Shown piece by piece: positions 9,106 to 19,629 of a stretch of DNA of 64,000 bases (the stretch's first letter is position 1; the number at the start of each line of letters is the position of its first letter). The notes under the pieces are model-generated. The model saw nothing but the letters and a program-made list of their open reading frames with translations. It had not been told where the DNA came from and did not search any database. Location of the stretch: NCBI GenBank assembly GCA_002716405.1, contig PBBA01000004.1, positions 2,482-66,481 on the forward strand, read 5' to 3'. This DNA is from Chloroflexota bacterium (GTDB lineage: Bacteria; Chloroflexota; Dehalococcoidia; UBA2979). The position numbers were made by a program, and so were the translations under genes.

Positions 9106-10323
9106 TTAATTCTTTCCGCGCTGCATTTGATTCTCCATGCCTTCAGGTAGTTCAACATTTGCATCATCAAAAGCTTTGCGGGTTACAGCAGCACGCGGAG
9201 AAAATATATCATCTCGATGGCTTGAAACCCAATCACGTCCAGCTTGCGTGGTTTGAATCATATTTTGAAAATGAGGCATTACAAATCGCGCCCACAATTC
9301 ATAAGAACGAAATGTTGCCTCTGGTTCAGCCCATTCATGCGCTAATCCCATAAAACCACCAAAACCTCCTGTCAGATCGATTAATCCTTCTATGAACTCA
9401 ATAGCATCATCAGGTGTTCCAACAATTGCACCACCACGTTCAATCATTGATTCGATACTTTCTGTATCAGAAGAAGGAGTTCGACCAAGAGTTTCGCCAA
9501 AATATTCAACATTATATGCATGCGATCCTTCACGAACTTCATCGATAGCTCGCTCTCTGGATTCTGCCAAATGCACTGGAATGACTAACCGCCAATCATC
9601 TCTCGATAAAGATGTCCCATGAAGCTGAGATTGTTCCATAGCCCAATTCCACGCTTCAGGAAGAGCAACTAAAGCTCCAGGTTGAAATGCAGCCATTGAT
9701 AGTAATCCTGCTCCAAATTGTCCCGCTGCCATTGGGCCAGCAGGAGAAAATCCATGTGCAACTGCAATCGGCAAATGAGGTCGTGTATATGAAGCAATTT
9801 GTAAACGTGCATCGCGAAGTGTAAACCAATCTGTTGTCATATTCACAGGTTCTTCTGCTTTCAATAAAGCAACAATAGCCTCCAATGACTCCATCATCAT
9901 TTCACGTTGTTTTGTTGCATCAATACCCAACATATATGCATCTGAAGTTAAAGCACCTGGACCCACACCAAACATTGCTCGCCCTCGTGTCATGTGGTCT
10001 AACTGCACCATTCGATCTGCAACTATGAGTGGATGGTGATACGGTAAGCTAGTCACTCCAGTACCAAGGCGTATGGTACGAGCTCGATTTGCTAAAGCTG
10101 CGATGACTAAGCCTGGATCAGCAATAAGTTCCCAACCAGCACTATGATGTTCACCTATCCAAACTTCATCGAAACCTAATCGATCAAGATGTTCAATTAA
10201 TGCCATATCGCGATCAAGAGCAAGAGTTGGATTTTGTCCTGTCTTATGAAAAGGTGCTAAAAAAATTCCAAATGACATTCTATCTGGGCGATACGTCATA
10301 GTATTCCTAATCTCTAAAAACAT
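9106..10323 (-). CDS. Luciferase-like monooxygenase (LLM class flavin/F420-dependent oxidoreductase)
   Basis: FGIFLAPFH, GFDEVWIGEHH and LGTGVTSLPYHHPL..A are LLM TIM-barrel signatures. The start may be an internal Met (M9 or M16 of the track ORF). Confidence 0.8.
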   Translation of the reverse strand: MFLEIRNTMTYRPDRMSFGIFLAPFHKTGQNPTLALDRDMALIEHLDRLGFDEVWIGEHHSAGWELIADPGLVIAALANRARTIRLGTGVTSLPYHHPLIVADRMVQLDHMTRGRAMFGVGPGALTSDAYMLGIDATKQREMMMESLEAIVALLKAEEPVNMTTDWFTLRDARLQIASYTRPHLPIAVAHGFSPAGPMAAGQFGAGLLSMAAFQPGALVALPEAWNWAMEQSQLHGTSLSRDDWRLVIPVHLAESRERAIDEVREGSHAYNVEYFGETLGRTPSSDTESIESMIERGGAIVGTPDDAIEFIEGLIDLTGGFGGFMGLAHEWAEPEATFRSYELWARFVMPHFQNMIQTTQAGRDWVSSHRDDIFSPRAAVTRKAFDDANVELPEGMENQMQRGKN

Positions 10324-10450
10324 TATTTTTAAATAGTTGTTTTCTAAACTATACTATTTCCATTACTGAAAGAGTAAAAACATTTTTACATCAGCAATAT
10401 TTGAGCTATTCTCAGCATACCTAAATCAGAATAAGGACTAGTAGGAACAC

Positions 10451-11851
10451 ATGATAGAAACAGAACGACTTACACGAACTCTTAACCCGAAAACACTCGC
10501 AGTAATCGGCGATGTTTCCAGAACCAATTATCGATGGCTCAGATGTATGAGTACGTTTCAAGGAAATATATATTCTGTTCAAATTGATCCAAATGAAATA
10601 CCTGGTATCGAAGAAATGGGAATCAAAAATTATCAAAGTTTAACTGAAATCCCAGAAGATATCGATTTTGTCCTCGTTGCGGTACCACGAGTTGCTGCAA
10701 ATGCAGTACTGAAAGACTGCATCAATAAAGGTGTTGCTGGAGCAGCATTCTTCACCTCTGGCTTTGCTGAAACACATGTACAAGAAGCTATCGATTTGCA
10801 AAAAGAATTTACAGATATCGCGCGTGAATCTGGGGTAGCAGTAATCGGTCCAAATTGCATGGGGCTATATAATCCTGCAGCAGGAGTACGTTTTGGTGAA
10901 AAACAAGCTGTAGGATTTGAAGGTGATACGACATTCATTTCACAAAGTGGAGGTCATGCTGGTGATATTTCTGCAGCAGCATATGCCAATGGTGTCCCTG
11001 TTAATAAAGTAGTCAGTTTTGGTAATGGAGTTGTCTTAGAATCTGCAGATTATCTGGAATATTTTGGCAATGATGAACAAACACAGTTTATTGGCATGTA
11101 CATCGAAGGATTACATGACGGACCACGTTTTACAAAAATTTTGAAAGATGTGGCAAAAAGAAAACCAGTAGTGCTTTGGAAAGGCGGGATGACTGATGCA
11201 GGACGTAGAGCAACAGCATCACACACAGCTTCTTTAGCAGGGTCAGATAAAGTTTGGGACGCTATGTGTAAACAAACTGGTGCACTGCAAGTAGAGTCAG
11301 TTGATGAAATGATTGACCTCATCAATGCATTACGTTTACTACCAAAATTTACCGGTAATGGTCTAGGCGTAACTGGAGGATCTGGAGGTCAATCAGTTGC
11401 CATGGCAGATACATTTGCTCGCGCAGGATTACGTATCCCTGATCTTTCAAATGAATCTCAGGAGAAATTGGGAAGTTGGTTCTCACTTGTAGGTGCCAGC
11501 TTTGGAAATCCTGTCGACATGGGATCAAATCGCGAACAGGTAGATGTAATACTTGATACCTTAACTGCAGACGAAAATGTTGACTGTCTATTAGTGCAAG
11601 TACGTCCGCCACAAGATGATGATGATGATCGAGAACGGATGCAAACACAGATTGATTCGTTAAAGAGATTAAAATCCACCACACCTAAACCCATTGCAGT
11701 CATTGCACATTCGCCCACTCCGGCACATGATGGAAGTGCAATAGCTGATCTTTCGAAGACGCTGAGAGAAGAGTCAATCCCTACTTTTATTTCCTATGAA
11801 CGAACAGCTAACGTGATACAAAAAGTTTTAGAATACAACCAAAATCATTAA
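10451..11851 (+). CDS. CoA-binding / succinyl-CoA-ligase-like domain protein (alpha-type subunit of ADP-forming acyl-CoA synthetase)
   Basis: PKTLAVIGD (CoA_binding_2), GPNCMGLYNP, SQSGG and the phosphohistidine-loop-like ASHTASLAG. There is no ATP-grasp domain in this protein or in neighbouring genes. Confidence 0.7.
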   Translation: MIETERLTRTLNPKTLAVIGDVSRTNYRWLRCMSTFQGNIYSVQIDPNEIPGIEEMGIKNYQSLTEIPEDIDFVLVAVPRVAANAVLKDCINKGVAGAAFFTSGFAETHVQEAIDLQKEFTDIARESGVAVIGPNCMGLYNPAAGVRFGEKQAVGFEGDTTFISQSGGHAGDISAAAYANGVPVNKVVSFGNGVVLESADYLEYFGNDEQTQFIGMYIEGLHDGPRFTKILKDVAKRKPVVLWKGGMTDAGRRATASHTASLAGSDKVWDAMCKQTGALQVESVDEMIDLINALRLLPKFTGNGLGVTGGSGGQSVAMADTFARAGLRIPDLSNESQEKLGSWFSLVGASFGNPVDMGSNREQVDVILDTLTADENVDCLLVQVRPPQDDDDDRERMQTQIDSLKRLKSTTPKPIAVIAHSPTPAHDGSAIADLSKTLREESIPTFISYERTANVIQKVLEYNQNH

Positions 11852-13602
11852 GTATTTCTTTGCTTTAATATTGTTTTTCGAGTTGCTATTGCACGATACG
11901 AAAATAAAAATTTCAGTGTTAATTGGTTGAACATCAATCGTGAAATTATTCCTCTAAAACCTCGATGATGTGCGTACCAAATTCGATCATGCACTTCTAT
12001 TTTATTAGAACTTAAGGCACTAAATTCATGACGATGCAACCAATATTTCATTGGACCTTCGGACATTACATCAGTAAAAACTTCCAAAAAGTTGACATCT
12101 CGATGGATTGCTTTCCATTTAATCTTAAAAGGAATAATCCCTACTTCAAATTCAACAATTGATCCATCATTTAATGGTTCATTTGTTGAAATTTGGAAAC
12201 GACTTAATGGTGGCTGTAAGTTTTCCAATGCACTCTCACTTGCATGAAACAATGCTACTTCTTCGAGGCTGCAATCGACAGTAAATCGATTTTCGAACGA
12301 AGGTCGCTCAAGAGGGATATCAACAGTACTTTCATTCTTTAAAAATTTTGCAACTCCTGCTGAAGTGGATAATCCAGAAGTTATTGCACCTTCAATAGAA
12401 GGAGTAGCTAGATAATCTCCACTTAGAAATACGCCTTTCATTGGCTGGGGGACTTCAGGGTTGATAGTCATCACTGGATTTTTCGGTAGAGCATGGTTGA
12501 TTCTATCCACACGAATCAATTGCCATTCTTTAACAGTTGCACCATACCATACCTCGAGTTCACTTAAGCATTGGATATTAAGTTCTTCGTTACTCAATGA
12601 TGGATCTCCCAAAATTGTGACGCTAACAAGTGAACGACTGTCTGAAGAATAATTTGTTGCGACGTCGCTCATACAAACCAAATGGTTAATTACACCATTA
12701 CCAGAACCATTGAGAACTAATATATTGTCATTAACAGGGGAAGTCGTCGCAGCGTATGAAATGCTAGTAACACTGTAATCACTAAAACCATCACTACGAA
12801 TATTAAGTCCTGTTAAATTTTCAGCTATTTGCCAAGGTGTAGCAACAATTACTGAGCGAGATCTTATTAATTGGTCATCTGAGAGGTGCACTGTAATCAA
12901 ATCACCTAATTGAATATCTTTGACTTCTGTATTCGTAAGAATCACATCATGAGGCAATTGAGAAGCTAACTGCCCAGGGATTGCTGCCATGCCATTCGAC
13001 GGCACTGCACCATCACCTTGTGTAAACATCCTAAAGACAAAATCAAAAAAACGAGATGAAGTTCTCAACTCTGATTCTAAAAAAATTCCCCCAAAAAATG
13101 GTCTAAAAAATGAATTGATGAATCTTGAAGTGAATTTTAGCGATTGTAATTTTTCACTCGTAGTGGTCTCTCGACGAATAAACAGAGTACTCAGTGAAGG
13201 AATAAGAACGGATTTACGAAGGCGCAAAACTTTAAATTTGTCATTAAAAGATCCAATTTTAGAGCGAATAGTCTTAACAATTTTAGAAGGTCGACGGAGC
13301 GGATCTATTACAGAAGTAAACTCTTTCCCTGTCCAAATTATTGCACCTGGAGAAAATGGTTGAAGATCAAGTTGTTCTAAATCGAGCACTTCTTGAGCCT
13401 TCGGATATGCAGTTAAGTAGACTTGGAAACCATAATCAATTTTAAATCCATCCACTACATCTGTTCGTATTCTACCTCCAATTACTGATTCTCTTTCTAC
13501 AATACGAACATTAAATCCTTCAGAATATAGTTGGGTAGCTGCAGTTAAACCTGCCATACCGGCTCCGACTATTAAAACATCAACCTCAAGTTGTTCTGAC
13601 AT
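11848..13602 (-). CDS. FAD-dependent amine-oxidase/desaturase-like oxidoreductase fused to a C-terminal SRPBCC (START/cyclase-like) domain
   Basis: N-terminus VLIVGAGMAGLTAATQL...ERESVIGGR (GxGxxG plus the GGR amine-oxidase signature). The last ~150 aa form a separate beta-rich domain (EFEVGIIPFKIKWKAIH...YWLHRHEF). Its stop overlaps the convergent gene at 11848-11851. Confidence 0.65.
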   Translation of the reverse strand: MSEQLEVDVLIVGAGMAGLTAATQLYSEGFNVRIVERESVIGGRIRTDVVDGFKIDYGFQVYLTAYPKAQEVLDLEQLDLQPFSPGAIIWTGKEFTSVIDPLRRPSKIVKTIRSKIGSFNDKFKVLRLRKSVLIPSLSTLFIRRETTTSEKLQSLKFTSRFINSFFRPFFGGIFLESELRTSSRFFDFVFRMFTQGDGAVPSNGMAAIPGQLASQLPHDVILTNTEVKDIQLGDLITVHLSDDQLIRSRSVIVATPWQIAENLTGLNIRSDGFSDYSVTSISYAATTSPVNDNILVLNGSGNGVINHLVCMSDVATNYSSDSRSLVSVTILGDPSLSNEELNIQCLSELEVWYGATVKEWQLIRVDRINHALPKNPVMTINPEVPQPMKGVFLSGDYLATPSIEGAITSGLSTSAGVAKFLKNESTVDIPLERPSFENRFTVDCSLEEVALFHASESALENLQPPLSRFQISTNEPLNDGSIVEFEVGIIPFKIKWKAIHRDVNFLEVFTDVMSEGPMKYWLHRHEFSALSSNKIEVHDRIWYAHHRGFRGIISRLMFNQLTLKFLFSYRAIATRKTILKQRNT

Positions 13603-14030
13603 TATTCACTAAATTCTTCAAATTCCAGTAAATGTTGTTTAATAAATAATTGATCTGAATCAAATTCATTAATAGAAAATGTCTGCATCAATTCTTCTGA
13701 TTGTAGCTTATTGAATTTTTCCCATTGGAGATCTGACATATAAAAACTTATATTTTCTAGTCGTTCAAATGATCCTCGAATAGAGATCCATTCTCTTAAA
13801 CGTTCGTCCCAATTGCTTAATGCATACACATAATCTTTACGAATTTTTCGGATATCCACAATATCTTCAGAACGATCTTCTAACCACATAGATAAAGCAA
13901 AAGACAATTTTTTAGAAATAGGACCAAGTTCTATCTCGCTTAATTTACGTAATTCCAATTCTCTTTCATAGTCACGAAGTAATAAATCTATCATCTTCTC
14001 AGAAGGCTCTTTTTCAAGAAATTCGTCCAT
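13602..14030 (-). CDS. Hypothetical acidic helical protein
   Basis: Clean 142-aa ORF with no recognisable family. Its stop overlaps the downstream ATG (TAATG), implying translational coupling with 11848-13602. Confidence 0.45.
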   Translation of the reverse strand: MDEFLEKEPSEKMIDLLLRDYERELELRKLSEIELGPISKKLSFALSMWLEDRSEDIVDIRKIRKDYVYALSNWDERLREWISIRGSFERLENISFYMSDLQWEKFNKLQSEELMQTFSINEFDSDQLFIKQHLLEFEEFSE

Positions 14031-14110
14031 TACTGTCCCTCATTTTTTATTCTTATATACAATACCGCCAATTATTCGCATAGACTAAATAATTTGGAGC
14101 AAGGAAACAT

Positions 14111-14971
14111 ATGCAAACTCTTAAAACGATGATCGAAAAAACTGATCCCGTAATTACAACTTTAGTTTTCAATCCTTTGATGGCAAAGCTAGCCGAACAA
14201 GCTCAATTTAATGCATTGTATTTAGGTGGAGGCATGCTGGGTTATGCAAAAGTATTTTTAGAAGCGAATCTTAATATCACAGAACTAGTCCAGATTGGAA
14301 TAGAAATACGTAGTGCCTCTCAACTGCCTCTTATCCTGGACGGTGCAACAGGATTTGGGGATCCGATGCATATGCACCGGACAATTCCTTTTGCTGAATC
14401 TGCTGGATTCGAAGCCATAGAAATTGAAGACCAAATTATTCCCAAACGTGCACATCATCACGCAGACATCGAACATATGATCCCTCAGCAATTAATGGTG
14501 GAAAAAATTAAAGAATCTATTAATGCACGTAGAAATAATGAATTTTTGATTATCGCTCGTACAAATGGAATTCGATCTACATCATTAAATGATGCTTTAA
14601 ATCGTGGGAAAGCTTATAAAGATGCAGGCGCAGATGTTCTAATGCTTTCACCAAGAAATCGAGAGGAGCTTTTAGCAATCTCGAATACTTTAGAGGGACC
14701 ATTTCAATTATTAGTTCCTAATGGTGGCTTGACTTCCTTAGAAACCGATCGAGTTGAATTAGGAAAATTAGGATTTAAAATCCTCATAGACGCTTCACAA
14801 CCAATGTTAGTGGCATTTAGAGCATGGAAAAATTTTTATGAAAGTATGGATGATAATTTCCAAAGCCCAACGCTATCAAAAGAAGATGTATCTTATTTAT
14901 CTGAAGAATTAAAAAATGTTGTTGAACTAAATAAATTTTTAGAAATTGAGACGAGAACTGTTGAAAAATGA
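14111..14971 (+). CDS. Isocitrate lyase/PEP mutase superfamily protein
   Basis: LILDGATGFGD and IEIEDQIIPKR are ICL/PEPM barrel motifs. The position of the lyase K(K/R)CGH Cys reads KRAHHH. Confidence 0.75.
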   Translation: MQTLKTMIEKTDPVITTLVFNPLMAKLAEQAQFNALYLGGGMLGYAKVFLEANLNITELVQIGIEIRSASQLPLILDGATGFGDPMHMHRTIPFAESAGFEAIEIEDQIIPKRAHHHADIEHMIPQQLMVEKIKESINARRNNEFLIIARTNGIRSTSLNDALNRGKAYKDAGADVLMLSPRNREELLAISNTLEGPFQLLVPNGGLTSLETDRVELGKLGFKILIDASQPMLVAFRAWKNFYESMDDNFQSPTLSKEDVSYLSEELKNVVELNKFLEIETRTVEK

Positions 14972-15049
14972 GCTCGAGGATAATTAATACCTAGCAAATC
15001 AATAGAAAAGTTGTAAGCTAGAAAATAACAGAAAAAGACTAATGTTAGG

Positions 15050-15823
15050 ATGGATAGATATATGTGTTTTCCTTATGAAGCCTTACCCCCGATTAAGCCA
15101 ATCGAAGGTGCTGCCATCGATACAAGCGACCTAACTTTGTCAGCTGATGATGGCAATAATTTTGCAGCTTTTAGAGCAAATTCCGATGAAAAAAAAGGGG
15201 CTGGAATAGTTGTACTCCCTGATGTCCGTGGCTTATTCCCATTTTATGAAGAATTAGCAATGAGATTCGCTGAACGGGGTTACGATGCTATCGCATTCGA
15301 CTATTTTGGGCGGACAGCAGGTGTGGGGAAAAGGGACGCAGAATTCGAATATATGCCACATGTCGATCAGACGACTTATGAAGGTCTACGTTTAGATGTA
15401 AGTGCATGCATTCAACATTTACGCGCAGATGAACCAGGTAGAAAAATATTTACAATGGGATTTTGTTTTGGTGGTAGTGGCTCATGGCAGCAAGCAGCAC
15501 AAGGTCATGGTTTATCAGGTGCCATTGGTTTTTACGGACATCCTACCCGTGAAGGACGTCCTATCGGAGCTCCAGGAGTAATAGATTTAGTATCAGATTT
15601 TGAATGTCCTATCCTTGGATTAATGGGTGGTGCTGATCAAGGTATCCCTGCAGAGATAGTAGCGACTTATGAACAGAAATTATCAGATAATGATCATCCA
15701 CATGAAATAGTCACATATACGGGAGCACCACATTCATTTTTCGATCGTGGATTTGATGAATACAAAATTGAATCAGATGACGCTTGGCAAAGAGTATTGA
15801 AATTTATAGAGACATATTCTTAA
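15050..15823 (+). CDS. Dienelactone hydrolase family protein
   Basis: GIVVLPDVRGL....E.A.RFAERGY.A.A.D.FGR, the nucleophile region GFCFGG and a C-terminal Y.GA.HSF. Confidence 0.8.
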   Translation: MDRYMCFPYEALPPIKPIEGAAIDTSDLTLSADDGNNFAAFRANSDEKKGAGIVVLPDVRGLFPFYEELAMRFAERGYDAIAFDYFGRTAGVGKRDAEFEYMPHVDQTTYEGLRLDVSACIQHLRADEPGRKIFTMGFCFGGSGSWQQAAQGHGLSGAIGFYGHPTREGRPIGAPGVIDLVSDFECPILGLMGGADQGIPAEIVATYEQKLSDNDHPHEIVTYTGAPHSFFDRGFDEYKIESDDAWQRVLKFIETYS

Positions 15824-15830
15824 GATTCTC

Positions 15831-15873
15831 TTAACAAATTCTTAAAGTATGCATAGAAAAATATACTTATAAT
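15831..15873 (+). promoter_or_regulatory. Candidate Pho-box direct repeats plus -10 element upstream of phoB
   Basis: TTAACA (15831) and TTAAAG (15842) are phased 11 bp apart. TATAAT at 15868-15873 lies only 6 nt before the ATG at 15880. Confidence 0.3.
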
Positions 15874-15879
15874 GATTCA

Positions 15880-16578
15880 ATGGTAAAAATACTAGTTGTT
15901 GAAGACGATGTCACTATTCAAGATATGGTGGCATACAACCTTGAACGCGATGGATATGAAGTCATTACAAAATCTGACGGCGCTGAAGGATTAGAAGCAG
16001 CACGTAATGAACAACCCGATCTTATAGTGCTTGATCTTATGCTTCCAAAAATGTCAGGGTTAGATGTGTGTCGAATTTTACGCCCAGAATATTCAATGCC
16101 CATTATCATGCTAACAGCACGTGACAACTTAGCTGATAAAATACACGGACTTGAATTGGGCGCTGACGATTATCTAACAAAACCTTTCTCCATGCGTGAA
16201 CTTCGAGCTAGAGTACAAGCTGCCCTTCGCCGTGAGGATATTTCAGGTCAATCCACTACACATCCAAAAACAGAGAGTTCCTCTCTTGTAGCTGGGGACA
16301 TCTTTGTGAATTTAATTGGTCATGAAGTACAATTAGATGGTAAAAAAATCTCTATGCGCCCCAGAGAATTCGATTTACTTGAATACCTAATCCGACATGA
16401 TGGACAAGCATTAACAAGAGAAATGATCCTTGAATCTGTATGGGGCTATAGTTACCCAGGGACTACAAGAACTGTGGACGTACATATACGATGGTTACGA
16501 GAAAAACTTGAAAAAAATCCTGCTAAACCAGTGCATATACTGACTGTCCGCAGTTTAGGGTATAAATTCGTGGCATGA
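15880..16578 (+). CDS. phoB: OmpR/PhoB-family response regulator, probable phosphate regulon regulator
   Basis: Receiver domain (DDD...LDLMLP...KP) followed by a winged-helix C-terminus (LT.RE..LLEYL..., TVDVHIRWLREKLE, RSLGYKF). Adjacent to a histidine kinase and the pst operon. Confidence 0.85.
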   Translation: MVKILVVEDDVTIQDMVAYNLERDGYEVITKSDGAEGLEAARNEQPDLIVLDLMLPKMSGLDVCRILRPEYSMPIIMLTARDNLADKIHGLELGADDYLTKPFSMRELRARVQAALRREDISGQSTTHPKTESSSLVAGDIFVNLIGHEVQLDGKKISMRPREFDLLEYLIRHDGQALTREMILESVWGYSYPGTTRTVDVHIRWLREKLEKNPAKPVHILTVRSLGYKFVA

Positions 16579-17774
16579 ACTTTTTGAATTGGTACCGCCT
16601 ATTTATCGTATTCATGTGCATACTTATTAGTATCTCAGTTTTTTTTGCTACCGCTGAGATAACTTCGATAATCACGCTACTAGCAATGGTAATGTTAATC
16701 ACTTTTTCTGCAAAATTAAGTCGACAAAACATTGAAAGCAGCATCGTCATCGATAATACTGCAGAAGTTCAATCAGATATTAATCGATATATTAACAATA
16801 TATCCATCCCAATTATTATGCTAGATGATCAACTCAGAGTAATTCATTACAACCACAATGCACTCTCATTATTTAGTAACCTAGCAAATAATGAATCCAA
16901 TCTTTCATTGATTCGTGCCACCTTGAATCACAATGTTGTCGAAATAGCCCGTGAAGCTGCATCAAGTATTCGTGAACTAACTCTGAACAACGGTGTCACT
17001 GTTGAAATGACTGCCGGAAAAATGTATATCGACAGTTTTGCAATGTATTGTACTGTCTTATCTTTTCAAGAAATTACCCTATTAAGAAAAGCACAACAGG
17101 CACGCTCTGACTTGGTGGCCAATGCATCACATGAACTTCGTACTCCTGTCGCCGCTGCAAAAGCTATTGCAGAAACATTGGAAGAAGGAGTCAATGATGA
17201 ATTAATGCGGCAAGATTTTCAATCAAGATTAGTTGATGAAATTACTCGACTTGAATCAATTATTGAGGGATTACTGCAACTTGCACGTCTTGAAAGTGGT
17301 ACAGAAGCTATGAATGTCGAACTCTTGTCTCCAAAAGAACTCTTTGAAATTGCTATTGAAAGATTTAATCCGCTCCCCAAACCTTTGCAAAAAATTTCTC
17401 TCGATAGTATGGCGGTATCACAAATATATGGTGATAAAGAACAAATTTTAGAAGTCATTACAAACTTGCTAGATAATGCACTACGTGTCACTCCAGAAAA
17501 TGGAAAAATTACTCTAACCACTATTGATGGAAATAATGAAGTTCGATTTGGGATATCAGATCAAGGCCCTGGTATTGCACTAATTGATCATGAGCGTATA
17601 TTTGAAAGATTTTACAGTGGCGATTTATCAAGAACAAATGCCTCAAACAGTGGCTTAGGACTAGCTATCGCACGCAATATACTAAATTTATTAGGTGGCA
17701 GAATCTGGGTAGAAAATAACTCAGGACAAGGGACAATGATGTGTTTTACATTACCTACAACAGAGAAAAAATAA
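16575..17774 (+). CDS. phoR: Sensor histidine kinase (PhoR-like)
   Basis: N-terminal TM segments. H-box ANASHELRTPV, N-box LLDNALRVT, D.GPGI and G.GLGLAIA. ATGA overlap with phoB. Confidence 0.8.
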   Translation: MNFLNWYRLFIVFMCILISISVFFATAEITSIITLLAMVMLITFSAKLSRQNIESSIVIDNTAEVQSDINRYINNISIPIIMLDDQLRVIHYNHNALSLFSNLANNESNLSLIRATLNHNVVEIAREAASSIRELTLNNGVTVEMTAGKMYIDSFAMYCTVLSFQEITLLRKAQQARSDLVANASHELRTPVAAAKAIAETLEEGVNDELMRQDFQSRLVDEITRLESIIEGLLQLARLESGTEAMNVELLSPKELFEIAIERFNPLPKPLQKISLDSMAVSQIYGDKEQILEVITNLLDNALRVTPENGKITLTTIDGNNEVRFGISDQGPGIALIDHERIFERFYSGDLSRTNASNSGLGLAIARNILNLLGGRIWVENNSGQGTMMCFTLPTTEKK

Positions 17775-17776
17775 AT

Positions 17777-18634
17777 TTATCCAAACCTTCCAGTAATATA
17801 ATCTTCAGTACGATTCTCTAGAGGACTAGTAAAAACTCGTTCTGTAGGACCATATTCAACAAGGCGACCGACGAGATCGTCTTGTGCCAACATAAAAGCA
17901 GTATTATCAGAAACTCTGGCAGCCTGCTGCATGTTATGCGTAACAATAATAATCGTATAATCCGACGATAATTCTCGCATAAGATCTTCAATACGTTGTG
18001 TGGCAATAGGATCTAAAGCGGAGCATGGTTCATCCATGAGTATGACTTCTGGTTGTACAGCTAATGCACGTGCGATACACAATCTCTGCTGTTGACCACC
18101 TGAAAGAGCCAGTCCTGAATCTTTCAATTTATCTTTAACTTCATCCCATAGAGCAGCTTGTTCAAGAGAATTTTGAACTAGTTCATCCATATCGCCTCGA
18201 TATCCATTAATACGCGCGCCAAAAGCGACATTTTCATAGATACTTTTAGGAAAAGGATTTGGTTTTTGAAAAACCATTCCGACTATTCTTCGGACCTCCA
18301 CAGGATCAACTGCAGGGCCATACAATTCTTCTCCATCAATTTTAACTTGACCTTCAATACGAGCGATAGGAATGAGATCATTCATACGATTTATACAACG
18401 AAGTAACGTACTTTTCCCGCAACCAGAAGGACAAATTAATGCAGTTATCTTATTACGTGCGACGTCAAATGAAACGTCATCAATAGCCTGTTGATTGTCA
18501 TACCAAAGTGTCAATTTTTCTATTTGCACAATTGGATCATCAATAATTAAATTCGTGCTAAGTACAGAACTTTTTTGGGGCGTATTACTCACTTCATTTT
18601 CATTTGAAGATTCTTCTTGAGTGTTTGAAATCAT
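17777..18634 (-). CDS. pstB: Phosphate ABC transporter ATP-binding protein PstB
   Basis: Walker [10 protein letters not shown] (here CPSGCGKST), [14 protein letters not shown] and the PstB-typical C-terminus [10 protein letters not shown]. Confidence 0.95.
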   Translation of the reverse strand: MISNTQEESSNENEVSNTPQKSSVLSTNLIIDDPIVQIEKLTLWYDNQQAIDDVSFDVARNKITALICPSGCGKSTLLRCINRMNDLIPIARIEGQVKIDGEELYGPAVDPVEVRRIVGMVFQKPNPFPKSIYENVAFGARINGYRGDMDELVQNSLEQAALWDEVKDKLKDSGLALSGGQQQRLCIARALAVQPEVILMDEPCSALDPIATQRIEDLMRELSSDYTIIIVTHNMQQAARVSDNTAFMLAQDDLVGRLVEYGPTERVFTSPLENRTEDYITGRFG

Positions 18635-18687
18635 TATTTCCTCATTAAATACAAATTTAATTTACCATTTAATATATTTTTATTCGT

Positions 18688-19629
18688 TCATCTACCATTT
18701 CCATGCCCAAATCGATAGCGAAGACTTACTGCAATAGCATTCATAACGAGTAATGCAATCAATAAAACCATTATCCCAGTCGCTGCAAGATCTTGGAAAT
18801 CATGTTGTGGTCGCGCAGCCCAGTTATAAATTTGGATAGGCATTACTGTAAAATCATCCAAAAGATGTTCAGGAGTAAACGCAACAAATGTCAAAGCACC
18901 AATAGTAATTAACGGTGCTGTCTCACCAATCGCACGCGACAAAGCGAGAATAGTACCTGTCATTACACCAGGTAATGCCTCTGGCAAAACATGATGTCTG
19001 ACAGTTTGCCAACGAGTAGCACCAACACCATATGAAGCTTCACGAATTGAAGGTGGCACTGCCCTCAATGACTCCTGAGATGCAACAATAACAACAGGAA
19101 GAATCAGTAATGCTAGAGTCAATCCACCTGTAAGTACTGAACGCCCAAAATCATTTAACCCGAGATCTTCTAAAGATGGGCCCACACCAATAGTACCTCT
19201 TACAAAAATCTGTAGTCCTAGCAATCCATATACGATAGAAGGTACACCAGCAAGATTTGAAATGTTAGTTTGCAATATTTTAGTAACCCAATTTTTAGGA
19301 GCATATTCTTCAAGATATATTGCAGCGGAAACACCCACAGGGAAAGCTATCATTGCAGTTGTTCCAATTACCCAAAGTGAACCCCAAAAAGCAGATTTAA
19401 AGCCTGCTTGATCTGGCTTTCGTGATGGAAAAAGGTCAAGAAATTCTAATCGAAAATATCGGATACCATCTCGCCAAACTTCAACTAGCATAATGATTAG
19501 TACTGCGACACCAACCAATGCTCCCAATAAAGCAACAATGCCAAATATACTACCTGTTAAGTGACGACGAGCCAATTTGACATTAAAAAGGTTCGCACGA
19601 AAAGAAGTTCTTGAAGGATCTGTCGTCAT
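18688..19629 (-). CDS. pstA: Phosphate ABC transporter permease PstA
   Basis: Multi-TM protein. EAA-like loop [18 protein letters not shown]. 4-nt overlap with pstC. Confidence 0.9.
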   Translation of the reverse strand: MTTDPSRTSFRANLFNVKLARRHLTGSIFGIVALLGALVGVAVLIIMLVEVWRDGIRYFRLEFLDLFPSRKPDQAGFKSAFWGSLWVIGTTAMIAFPVGVSAAIYLEEYAPKNWVTKILQTNISNLAGVPSIVYGLLGLQIFVRGTIGVGPSLEDLGLNDFGRSVLTGGLTLALLILPVVIVASQESLRAVPPSIREASYGVGATRWQTVRHHVLPEALPGVMTGTILALSRAIGETAPLITIGALTFVAFTPEHLLDDFTVMPIQIYNWAARPQHDFQDLAATGIMVLLIALLVMNAIAVSLRYRFGHGNGR

